Virus record (IMG/VR): IMGVR_UViG_3300049002_000008
Coordinates: 1 to 62,475 of that record
Source: a virus
Direction: 5' to 3' (one strand)
DNA: 62,475 bases
Part shown: in pieces, positions 16,525-24,561 of the stretch
Position numbering within the stretch: position 1 is the first letter of the stretch
How the letters are laid out: every line of letters begins with the position of its first letter
The notes under the pieces: model-generated
Told to the model about the DNA's origin: nothing
The model's input: the letters and a program-made list of their open reading frames with translations, nothing else
The model's database searches: none
Program-made: the position numbers and the translations under genes

Positions 16525-16933
16525 GCTGCACCTGGAGTCGCTCGCCTGGGTGGACGGTCGAGCGGTTGCCGACGTAGAGAGATGGTCGGAGGTGACGATG
16601 ACGGAGGGCGGCTTCCTGCTGGGGTGCTCCGAGGAAGTGTTTCGGATGCCGGAGAACGTGGTGGGGCTGGTCGTTGGTAAGTCCGGGGTAGCCCGGGCCG
16701 GGTTGCAGGTGGAGTGCGCGGGGCTGATCGACCCGGGCTTCGAGGGGCAGATCACGCTGGAGCTGGCCAACCTGCTACCGATGCCGAGCCTGCCGATGAG
16801 GAGGGGGATGGCGATCGCCCAGGTCATGTTCATGTGGGTGGATCAGCCCGTCGAACGGCTGTACGGCGCGCCGGGAGTTGGGTCACACTATCAGGGTCAG
16901 CGGGGGCCTATCGCTTCGTACCTTGGGGAGTAG
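16424..16933 (+). CDS. dcd: dCTP deaminase / dUTPase-superfamily protein
   Basis: MSVLSDRTIRE N-terminus. VGKSGVARAGLQVE and GLIDPGFEGQITLEL motifs. Confidence 0.75.
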   Translation: MSVLSDRTIRELSEAVGLVRRPGGVLEVQPVSVELHLESLAWVDGRAVADVERWSEVTMTEGGFLLGCSEEVFRMPENVVGLVVGKSGVARAGLQVECAGLIDPGFEGQITLELANLLPMPSLPMRRGMAIAQVMFMWVDQPVERLYGAPGVGSHYQGQRGPIASYLGE

Positions 16934-16936
16934 TCC

Positions 16937-16999
16937 CTATACTACGATATCTCAAGAGAGAGAGAGAGAGAGAGAGTAGTATAGTAGTAAGGGAGACAG
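16937..16999 (+). promoter_or_regulatory. GATATC/GA-repeat element, copy 1
   Basis: ctatactacGATATCTCAA(ga)10gTAGTATAGTAGTAAGGGAGACAG. The 9-bp arms ctatactac / gtagtatag form a perfect inverted repeat. About 55 nt is homologous to 61637-61691. Confidence 0.6.
16956..16976. repeat. (GA)10 dinucleotide microsatellite
   Basis: gagagagagagagagagagag, read directly from the sequence. Confidence 0.95.
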
Positions 17000-17055
17000 A
17001 GTATCAGTTCATTGTGTACAGACGAGCCGACTATCTTCGAGAGAGGGGCAGGCCA

Positions 17056-17247
17056 GTGGCTACATCACCAAGCGAGTTCGGAGGGTTCGGCGGGCTTCAG
17101 CAACCGCCACCTCACGAGCCAACCGCTGCTGAGAAGCTTCGGAACTGGCACCACTACAGCGATCCAGCGAACGCCGATGTTGACTCGGAGGAGGAAGCGC
17201 TTCGGGACGCGGAGCGGGCTGGGTATAAAGGTGAGGACAGTCTGTGA
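17056..17247 (+). CDS. Hypothetical acidic protein (63 aa); start uncertain
   Basis: The frame is open through the GA element. GTG 17056 follows gagagggg. Its stop overlaps the JAB gene start (GTGA). Confidence 0.35.
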   Translation: MATSPSEFGGFGGLQQPPPHEPTAAEKLRNWHHYSDPANADVDSEEEALRDAERAGYKGEDSL

Positions 17248-17717
17248 GAGCGGGGCGCCTGGTGCTGGGGCCAACGGTCATGGCGAAGCTGGTGGAGGTC
17301 ACGCAGGCAACGCGCGCCATCGAGCAATGTGGGGTGTTGGCCGGTAGGGTGAACAGCCTCGGAGAGGCGACCGTGGAGGCCTCCGCTCAGCTTCGGAACG
17401 TGCATCGGCGGCCGGAGACCAACTACGAGTTTGACGCCAGCGATCAGGCCTCGGCATGGGATCAGGTGGAGGCGGTGGGGCTCGAAGTGCTGGCCGTCTG
17501 GCACACCCACCCGCACGGTCCGCCCTACCCCTCCGGGACTGATCTCGAGTACATGCAACCGTGGTTGCTGTACCCGATCCTCATGCCCAGCATCATCAAG
17601 CGGGTGGACATGACGGTGTACCGGCTGCGGGCGCCGATGTCCGAGCTGGACGAGCTGTTGGAGAGGCCAGCCGAGCACCTGCGGTATGAAGTGGTGCCCT
17701 ACGAAGTGCGTCGGTAA
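17244..17717 (+). CDS. JAB/MPN (JAMM) metalloprotease-domain protein
   Basis: Exact JAMM signature WHTHPHGPPYPSGTD (HxHx7Sx2D) with an upstream Glu. Confidence 0.75.
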   Translation: MRAGRLVLGPTVMAKLVEVTQATRAIEQCGVLAGRVNSLGEATVEASAQLRNVHRRPETNYEFDASDQASAWDQVEAVGLEVLAVWHTHPHGPPYPSGTDLEYMQPWLLYPILMPSIIKRVDMTVYRLRAPMSELDELLERPAEHLRYEVVPYEVRR

Positions 17718-17732
17718 AACGGGGGTGGGTTG

Positions 17733-17762
17733 GGGCCGAGCCGAAACGCTCGGCCCTTTCGC
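17733..17762 (+). terminator. Rho-independent terminator-like hairpin
   Basis: gggccgagc-cgaaac-gctcggccc followed by tttcgcgtt. Confidence 0.6.
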
Positions 17763-17781
17763 GTTGGGTAGCATATAGGCC

Positions 17782-18426
17782 ATGGTGAAGCGCAAGGCAG
17801 CGGCAGCAGAGCCGGAGCCGGAGAAGGCACCGCGCAAGGGCCGAGTACGCGCTTCGGTACCGCGCGGAGGAGTGATGAACGCCCTGCGGGAGACTCAGCC
17901 GGACACGCGAACGCAAATAACGATGCGTCTCGGCAAGCGCTGGTCGCAGATCATTACCGAGGTGAAGGCGGGCCAGTACACCTGGGACGAGTTCGCGGAG
18001 GAGCTGGACCCCGAGGAGCTGGCTCGTGCTCAGCTGAAGGACAGGGACGGAACCTTCAAGGGGCGACCTCCTTCGCTGGTGCCGCGGCAATTCCAGTTGG
18101 CCTGCGTTCGGGAGATACAGCGGCGCTTCAACGAGAAGGTGCAGACGCGCCTCCTGGACGCCGTGGACGAGCTTATCGACCTGAGCAAGATCGGCCGGAT
18201 GGACGGCAAGGATCGGGCGAAGATCCTGGTGTACCTGATCGAGCGCGTGATGGGGCCGGTACCGAAGACGGTGCACGTCACGGCGGACGAACCGTGGCAG
18301 GGGCTGCTGACGCAGGGGCTGTTGCGACCGCGGGAGGAAGGCGTCCCAGCCAGCCCTCCCCCTCGCAGTGACCGGTACGCCAAGCGCCGGAGGAGGCTGG
18401 ACCCGGAAGAGGACAAGGATGACTGA
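17782..18426 (+). CDS. Putative terminase small subunit (called by position)
   Basis: Basic N-terminus. Lies two genes upstream of the large terminase. No SD is visible, so the transcript may be leaderless. Confidence 0.4.
   Translation: MVKRKAAAAEPEPEKAPRKGRVRASVPRGGVMNALRETQPDTRTQITMRLGKRWSQIITEVKAGQYTWDEFAEELDPEELARAQLKDRDGTFKGRPPSLVPRQFQLACVREIQRRFNEKVQTRLLDAVDELIDLSKIGRMDGKDRAKILVYLIERVMGPVPKTVHVTADEPWQGLLTQGLLRPREEGVPASPPPRSDRYAKRRRRLDPEEDKDD
18345..18368 (+). repeat. Polar C-tract/TCGCAG motif, copy 8
   Basis: cccagccagccctccccctcgcag (read as ASPPPRS). Confidence 0.8.
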
Positions 18427-18438
18427 CAGGAGGGGAGC

Positions 18439-18618
18439 ATGCCAGGGCATAACCACGGCAAGAGCATCAAGCGCCCGCTCGTGTACGAGGCGCTCCGGCG
18501 CAAGGGCATGAGCAAGACCAAGGCGGCGCGCATCAGTAATGCAGGCACCAGCCACATCAAGCGGGTGCGCATGGCCCGCAAGGCGTCCCGCACGCGGAAG
18601 CTGCGCGCTGGACACTAG
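18439..18618 (+). CDS. Small basic protein (59 aa)
   Basis: SD aggagggga precedes ATG 18439. RRKGMSKTKAARISNAG motif. Confidence 0.45.
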   Translation: MPGHNHGKSIKRPLVYEALRRKGMSKTKAARISNAGTSHIKRVRMARKASRTRKLRAGH

Positions 18619-18627
18619 GATGGTGGC

Positions 18628-20094
18628 ATGACTGCGCCCGCGCTTGTGGACGTGGGGGTGCTCTGGGACAGCCTGAAGTATCACCCGCATATCGGCCAGC
18701 GGAAGGTTCACGCCAGCTACACCAGGCACCGCGTGAACGCCGCTGGCCGACGTATGGGCAAGTCGATAGCCAGTGCTAGGGAGATCATGCCGCGGGCGGT
18801 GGAGGCCTTCGGCAGCAAGAACATGCTGGACGAGCTGGGCATCCGGTACGAGGGCTGGATCGTAGGCCCCAACTACACCGACGGCGAGAAGCTCTTCCGA
18901 ACCTTCTACAACGACTGCCGGCGGATGAGCATTCCGTTCGACAAGCCTGGTACGTACTACACCAAGCAGGAAATGACGGTGAGCCTATGGAAGGGCTCGT
19001 TCATCGTCAGCGTCAAGAGCGGCGCGCACCCGGAAAGCCTGGTCGGGGAGGGCCTGCACTTCGCGGTAATGACTGAGGCCGCTAAGATGAAGGAGAGCGT
19101 GTGGGAGCGCTTCGTACGACCCACGCTGGCGGACTTCGACGGGGAGACCTGGTGGGACAGCACCCCCGAGGGTCGCAATTGGTTCTACCGGCTGTACCGG
19201 GCTGGGCAGGATCCGGAGAATCACGAGTGGGAGAGCTGGCGCTCGCCAGCCTGGCTGAACCGCAACGTGTACCGGTTCAAGACCACTCGGGAAGGCGTGC
19301 GTCAGCTGAAGGAGCTCATCGAGGAGGGCTACACCAACAAGCTTGACCTCATGCGGCGCAAGCTGCAAGTGGACAACGAGATCATCAGCTTGGCGGTGGA
19401 CCTGACGCCGGAAGCCTTCGGGCAGGAGATCGAGTGCAACTTCAGCGACATGGTCGGGCGGGTGTTCAAGGACTGGGACGAGGAGGTGCACGTACGCGAC
19501 CTGCCCTACGTGCCCGGCTGGCCGCTGTTCCTGGCCACCGACTACGGATACACCCATCCCAATGTCTGTCTGTTCATCCAGGTCGGGCCGTTCGGCGACA
19601 TCCGGGTCATAGCCGAGTACTACCGCACTCAGCGCACCGACACCCAGTTCCGCGACGATGTCCTGCAGGACGAGCGCCTCGGGCGGCTCGTCGCGCAGGC
19701 GAAGGTGCTGTTCCCGGACCCCGAGGACCCCGGTGCCACCAAGACGCTCAGCGAGGGCTGGAAGGTGGCGGTAGGCGGCTCCACCGGTGGGCCGCTCATC
19801 GACCGCATCCGAGCCATCCAGGGTACCCTGAAGCAGCGGAACCGTCACCTGCCGTGGGGCCACGCGGAGCGAGCGCCGCAACTGTTGGTGGACCGTTCGT
19901 GCGTCGAGATGATCCGGGAGATGGACGCGTATAGCTGGCCCAAACTGCGCAAGCAGACCAAAGGCCCGGAGCAACCGCAGGACAAGGACAACCACACCCC
20001 CGAGGCCCTCGGGCGGTTCTTCGCTGGGTACGGTGCCGGAATGCTGGGGCCGGTCGTCAGCAAGGTCAACTTCGGAAGAGGTAGGAGAAGGTAG
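18628..20094 (+). CDS. Terminase large subunit
   Basis: Walker A AAGRRMGKSIA. Nuclease-half motifs (LATDYGYTHP). Lies immediately before the portal gene. Confidence 0.8.
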   Translation: MTAPALVDVGVLWDSLKYHPHIGQRKVHASYTRHRVNAAGRRMGKSIASAREIMPRAVEAFGSKNMLDELGIRYEGWIVGPNYTDGEKLFRTFYNDCRRMSIPFDKPGTYYTKQEMTVSLWKGSFIVSVKSGAHPESLVGEGLHFAVMTEAAKMKESVWERFVRPTLADFDGETWWDSTPEGRNWFYRLYRAGQDPENHEWESWRSPAWLNRNVYRFKTTREGVRQLKELIEEGYTNKLDLMRRKLQVDNEIISLAVDLTPEAFGQEIECNFSDMVGRVFKDWDEEVHVRDLPYVPGWPLFLATDYGYTHPNVCLFIQVGPFGDIRVIAEYYRTQRTDTQFRDDVLQDERLGRLVAQAKVLFPDPEDPGATKTLSEGWKVAVGGSTGGPLIDRIRAIQGTLKQRNRHLPWGHAERAPQLLVDRSCVEMIREMDAYSWPKLRKQTKGPEQPQDKDNHTPEALGRFFAGYGAGMLGPVVSKVNFGRGRRR

Positions 20095-21597
20095 ATGGCT
20101 GATGCCGTCGTCCAGACGCCGTGGAGCACGGTGGCTGCGCTGATCACTGCGAAGCCCTCCTGGGTGCCCGCGGTGGACCAGCAGCGGGTCCTCGCATACG
20201 ATCAGTACGACGCGCTGTACTGGAACAACAACACCAACCTCCGGCTCATCATGCGGGGCACCGACGACGCCCAGCCCATCTTCGTCCCGGAGGCCCGCAC
20301 CATCGTCGAGGCCACCCACCGGTACGTCGGGACGGGCTTCACGTTCCAGGTGAGCAGCGACGTCGGTACGCCCGCCAGCCAGGAGGCGGCCAACCTCGCC
20401 TTCACGAGCCTCTTTCGGCGCGAGCGCATCATCAGCCGGTATAACGACAACAAGCGCTTCGGGCTGGTGCGCGGGGACTGGCTGTGGCATGTCACGGCGG
20501 ACACCAACAAGCCACAGGGCTCGCGCCTGCGCATCCTGCCGGTACACCCCGGAAACTACTTCCCGGTATTTGAGAGCGACCTGGAGCCTGGTGGCGATCC
20601 GGACCGCATCGTCAAGGTGCACATCGCCGAGCGCATCGTAGGGGCGGACGGCAAGCCCTTCGTACGGCGTCAGACCTACGAGCGGCTCAACCCCGCCAGC
20701 ACCCAGATCACCAGTAGCTGCTTCATCTTCGAAGAGGAGAAGTGGTTCCTGGAGGGCGGCAAGCCGACGGATGTGGTGCTGGCGCCGACATTGCTGGACC
20801 CGGCCATCACCGCCTTCCCGGTGTACCACATCCAGAACCGCACTGAGCCGCTGAACCCCTGGGGCTCCAGCGAACTGCGTGGGTTGGAGCGCATCCTGGC
20901 CGCCCTCACGCAGGCTGTCAGCGACAGCGACATGGCCCTCGCCCTCGAGGGGCTGGGCGTCTACTACACCGAGAGTGCGGGCACCTTCCGTGATGCCAAC
21001 GGTGATGTGGTGGACCCGCAGCTCTTCCCGGGCACCATCCTGCGCGGCACCAAGCTCGAGCGAGTGCAGGGCATCGGGAGCCTTACCCCGTATGGCGAGC
21101 ACATCGAGCGGCTGATCCAGTTCTGCCGAGAGGCCTCCGGAACCCCGGACGTGGCCATCGGCAAGGTGGACGTTTCGGTGGCGGAGAGCGGCGTAGCGTT
21201 GCTGCTCGAGCTGGGTCCGATGCTGACCAAGGCTGCCGAGGCGGACGCGCACATCACCGACGTGCACACCCAGATGTTCTACGACCTGGCGCAGGGATGG
21301 TTCCCGGCCTACGAGCAGATCAACTTCACGGACGCCGAGGTGCTGCCGGTCCTGGGCGCCAAAGTACCGCCGAACGTGGACAAGGCCATCGCTCAGGTGA
21401 GCGGGCTGGCGGTCGCCGGGCTCATGAGCAAGAAGACCGGCCGGGAGTACCTCGCCACCCTAGGCGTCCCCTTCGCAGAAGACGAGGAGCAGCGCTTGGC
21501 TGAGGAGGCTGCCGCTGAGCAAGCCGCGGCCAACCTCGGGGCAGGAGACCCTAACGCTCCGGACCAATTCGGCCAGCAGCAGCAGGAGCAGCCGTGA
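20095..21597 (+). CDS. Portal protein
   Basis: 500-aa ORF directly after the large terminase, with an acidic/Gln-rich C-terminus. Confidence 0.7.
   Translation: MADAVVQTPWSTVAALITAKPSWVPAVDQQRVLAYDQYDALYWNNNTNLRLIMRGTDDAQPIFVPEARTIVEATHRYVGTGFTFQVSSDVGTPASQEAANLAFTSLFRRERIISRYNDNKRFGLVRGDWLWHVTADTNKPQGSRLRILPVHPGNYFPVFESDLEPGGDPDRIVKVHIAERIVGADGKPFVRRQTYERLNPASTQITSSCFIFEEEKWFLEGGKPTDVVLAPTLLDPAITAFPVYHIQNRTEPLNPWGSSELRGLERILAALTQAVSDSDMALALEGLGVYYTESAGTFRDANGDVVDPQLFPGTILRGTKLERVQGIGSLTPYGEHIERLIQFCREASGTPDVAIGKVDVSVAESGVALLLELGPMLTKAAEADAHITDVHTQMFYDLAQGWFPAYEQINFTDAEVLPVLGAKVPPNVDKAIAQVSGLAVAGLMSKKTGREYLATLGVPFAEDEEQRLAEEAAAEQAAANLGAGDPNAPDQFGQQQQEQP
21451..21478 (+). repeat. Polar C-tract/TCGCAG motif, copy 9 (weaker C-tract)
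   Basis: ctcgccaccctaggcgtccccttcgcag (read as VPFAE). Confidence 0.55.
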
Positions 21598-21776
21598 CGA
21601 CACTGACCATCAATGCCAGCTATCCGGCCACGGACGGCTCGGTGCCGGAGTCGATTGAGATACGGTACGAAGGTGAGATGCCGCTAGTGGTGGACTTGCT
21701 CGCTGTCATCGAGGCGCTGGGCAACCTGCCCGCCCGCCGGTACGCCGAGGAGGCCAGCAGCCATGCCGAGGACTGA
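21594..21776 (+). CDS. Hypothetical protein (60 aa)
   Basis: GTGA overlap with the portal stop. Confidence 0.45.
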   Translation: MTTLTINASYPATDGSVPESIEIRYEGEMPLVVDLLAVIEALGNLPARRYAEEASSHAED

Positions 21777-22068
21777 GCGACAGATCAAGGCAGACACCGC
21801 CCTCACCGAGGCCATTCTGGAGACCTGGCGGGCCTACTACGCCGAGGAGGAGGAGCCGGAGTGTAATGCCGACGTCCCGGCGGAGGCGCTGAAGGAGGGC
21901 GTGCTGATGGAGTACCTGGTCCTCGGCACCATGCACAACCTCGACGACAACGGGGACAGCTACACCCGGGTCTTCAGCATTCCTCGGGACAGTGACACCC
22001 CAATGCACCGCCTGCTCGGGCTGGTGGCGCATGCCGATACTCGGTTCCGAGCCATCATCGCGGAATGA
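21763..22068 (+). CDS. Hypothetical protein (101 aa)
   Basis: ORF from the track with high GC3. Confidence 0.5.
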   Translation: MPRTERQIKADTALTEAILETWRAYYAEEEEPECNADVPAEALKEGVLMEYLVLGTMHNLDDNGDSYTRVFSIPRDSDTPMHRLLGLVAHADTRFRAIIAE

Positions 22069-22331
22069 AGACGCCGCGGGCAGTGTGGTTCGGCCGAGTG
22101 AGGGCGGGCACTTGGCTGCTGGCTGGCGCACTCGCGCAAGTGTTCGGCCTGACGGACTCGGTAGCGCTGGTGTGGTGGGCCAGCGTGTACGCCAACGTTG
22201 AGAGCGGCATGGCTACCGCGCAGGCGGCCGACGACAGGGGCGTCCTGCGAGAGGTGCGGGCGTTGGGCGACCAGGTGCGCGGTCTGCGTGACGATGTAGC
22301 CCGGCTAGAATCGATTCTGAGGGGAGAGTAG
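22065..22331 (+). CDS. Hypothetical membrane-associated protein (88 aa)
   Basis: ATGA overlap upstream. Hydrophobic N-terminal half. Confidence 0.5.
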   Translation: MKTPRAVWFGRVRAGTWLLAGALAQVFGLTDSVALVWWASVYANVESGMATAQAADDRGVLREVRALGDQVRGLRDDVARLESILRGE

Positions 22332-22335
22332 GCCC

Positions 22336-24561
22336 ATGGCCCAGCCCGAGCCGCTACAGCGGTTCTTCGGGGCGTACAAGCCCACTGAGGCCGAGATGCG
22401 TCAGGTGCTCCAGGACGCCGCGGAGGAGGCGGAGCGTAACATCCCCAAGCTCCTGGAGAAGCACACCACCGGGGCCAGTCTCAAGGCTGCCCAGCTTCAG
22501 CTCATCCTTCGGGAGGTGCGCGCCCAGCAGTCCGCGATGTGGGGCGACCTGTCCGGGGTACTGAAGGAAGGCATGGAGCGGGCTGCGGCAGCGGGGGTGG
22601 AGGGGCAGACCACCATCGACCGATACCTGGCCCGGAACGGGCTGTACTTGCCTGATCTGAAGAAGGGCTTGCATGAGCAGGCCAAGCGCGGACTCAAGAA
22701 CGTGCTCGCCAAGGGCTTCAACAACATCCCGCTCAGCACACAGGTGTACCGGACGCAGGCCCTCGCGCAAGGCTGGGTGGATCGCCAGATACGAAAGGCC
22801 CTCATCCTGCAGACCGACGCTCGGACGCTAGCCCGTCAAGTCCGGGACTTCATAGACCCGAACGTCAAGGGTGGTGTCAGCTTTGCAGCTATCCGGCTGG
22901 CACGTACCGAACTGAACAACGCCTTCCACACGGTGGCCAAGGAGCGCCTTGACGAGCCCTGGGCTACTGGCGTCGAGTGGAACCTCAGCGGCAGCCATCC
23001 GCCCAGCAAGCCTGGTAAGCCGGAGGCCTGCGAGCTGCTGGCTCGGGTAGACCTGGGCCTGGGCACTGGAGTGTTCCCGAGTGGCGAGGTACCGGACAAG
23101 CCGCATCCGCAGTGTCTCTGCTACATCACCCAGCACGTTGTAGACGAGGACACCTTCCTCGACAACCTGATCTCCGGTACCTATGACGACTATCTGGACG
23201 AGCAACTCGGAGGGGCGAGAGTCGTTCAGGTACCGAAGAAGCCGCAACTGAAGGTCGCTACCTCCGCCAAAGAGGAGGATCTGCAACGGAAGCCGGATCT
23301 GCCGAAAGTGGCTCCCGACCCAGCCCCTCCCTCGCAGCCCCAGGTATCTAAGATCCTGCACAACCATATCGACGGTATCGTGGAGTATAGCGGTGCCCGC
23401 AAGGAGCGCGTCCGCAAAGCACTCGAGCAAATGGCCAGCAACACCCCGAAGAGCATGCTGAACCTGGACAGGGTGGCGCCGTTCCCCGTCGGGCACACCG
23501 GGCATCACGATCCTGGTCTGCTAGGTGAGTACGATGAGCGCATTCACACGATGTGGCTCAGTGAGCGGGCCTTCACCGGTGCGGCCAACGAGACCTTCGG
23601 CAAGGAGAAGGAGACTGGGTTTGTCAGCAAGTGCGGGGAGAAGTTTGACAACTTGGATGCCCTCATCAGCCATGAGTACGGCCATCATCTGCACGACCTC
23701 TGGCTAGAAACCGCCAGCAGGCCCGAGCGCCTGCGTACCTGGCGGGCTATCGCCCGGGCGCTGCACCTGCCCCAGATGACCGATGCGGAGGACGGCACGC
23801 TCATCGATTGGACCGAACAGCACAAGCAAGCGCTGAGCACCTACGTGAGCAAGTACGGGGCCAGCAACCCGTTGGAGCTACTTGCCGAGATATGGGCGGA
23901 GTATACTTTGGGTGACCCACCTCGAGCGCACATAACGGACGCGGGGTTCATCTTGCAGGAGATAGCGGAGGACCATGCCAACGATAGGCACAGGTCAATC
24001 AAGCCTGCTACTGGAAATGACGCGCGAGCGGCAGCACCAGCCAGTGTAAACGCCGAGAATACTCGTGGTGGGCTGACGGCCGAGGAGGAGGCTGCTCTCA
24101 GGCGTTATCGTGGCGGCAAGTACGAGGACATCAACGATTACCTGAGCGGCGAGATCTCTGACCCCTCGGAAAGGGTTTTGGGGCTTGTCAAGCTTATCCG
24201 GCAGGCCATGGAGAAGAGCCGCCTCACCTCCCCCGTCCAGGTTTGGCGAGGTGTGCGCGACGGTAGAAAGGTGTTCGGAGAGCACTGGTCAGACGACCTT
24301 ACTGGCGCAGAGTGGTCTGAGAACAGGTTCCTCAGTACCACGACCGAGGAGTCTGTTGTAGATGAATTTACGGATGGGGATCAGGGCGCTCGCATTCTTC
24401 TCCGGATACCAAAGGGCGTCGGGGCTATCGAGCTGTCCACGGAAAAGGGTGGCGGAGAGGCGGAGCTTTTGCTGCAGGACGGTCTCAAACTTCATGTCGT
24501 CCGGGACAGTGGTCCCGGTACCAAGCCGCGGGTCATCGAGGCGGAGGTGTTGGTGAGATGA
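22336..24561 (+). CDS. MuF/SPP1 gp7-like head morphogenesis protein fused to an HExxH domain and a C-terminal ADP-ribosyltransferase toxin domain
   Basis: Lies after the portal gene. HEYGH at nt 23671-23685. ART R-S-E triad: ALRRYRGGKYEDINDYL and VWRGV (24241-24255), FLSTT (24328-24345), GEAELLLQ (24454-24477). Confidence 0.8.
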   Translation: MAQPEPLQRFFGAYKPTEAEMRQVLQDAAEEAERNIPKLLEKHTTGASLKAAQLQLILREVRAQQSAMWGDLSGVLKEGMERAAAAGVEGQTTIDRYLARNGLYLPDLKKGLHEQAKRGLKNVLAKGFNNIPLSTQVYRTQALAQGWVDRQIRKALILQTDARTLARQVRDFIDPNVKGGVSFAAIRLARTELNNAFHTVAKERLDEPWATGVEWNLSGSHPPSKPGKPEACELLARVDLGLGTGVFPSGEVPDKPHPQCLCYITQHVVDEDTFLDNLISGTYDDYLDEQLGGARVVQVPKKPQLKVATSAKEEDLQRKPDLPKVAPDPAPPSQPQVSKILHNHIDGIVEYSGARKERVRKALEQMASNTPKSMLNLDRVAPFPVGHTGHHDPGLLGEYDERIHTMWLSERAFTGAANETFGKEKETGFVSKCGEKFDNLDALISHEYGHHLHDLWLETASRPERLRTWRAIARALHLPQMTDAEDGTLIDWTEQHKQALSTYVSKYGASNPLELLAEIWAEYTLGDPPRAHITDAGFILQEIAEDHANDRHRSIKPATGNDARAAAPASVNAENTRGGLTAEEEAALRRYRGGKYEDINDYLSGEISDPSERVLGLVKLIRQAMEKSRLTSPVQVWRGVRDGRKVFGEHWSDDLTGAEWSENRFLSTTTEESVVDEFTDGDQGARILLRIPKGVGAIELSTEKGGGEAELLLQDGLKLHVVRDSGPGTKPRVIEAEVLVR
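23312..23337 (+). repeat. Polar C-tract/TCGCAG motif, copy 10
   Basis: ctcccgacccagcccctccctcgcag (read as PAPPSQP). Confidence 0.8.

Noticed and set aside
16956-16976. The (GA)10 tract and the 7-mer repeats at 61648-61668 as a CRISPR array or sequencing artefact.
   Set aside because: The repeat units are 2 and 7 nt with no spacers, so this is not CRISPR-like. The tract is embedded in an element conserved at two loci, so it is probably real.
18985-21267. Very long minus-strand ORFs (18985-21267, 760 aa; 49551-51548, 665 aa; 55424-57100, 558 aa; 12801-14051; 26170-27516 and many others).
   Set aside because: They are antisense to + strand ORFs that have clear motifs (terminase, portal, SNF2, thyX, capsid). 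Their products are Arg/Gly/Pro/Ala-rich with no motifs. These are typical stop-poor shadow frames of GC-rich DNA.
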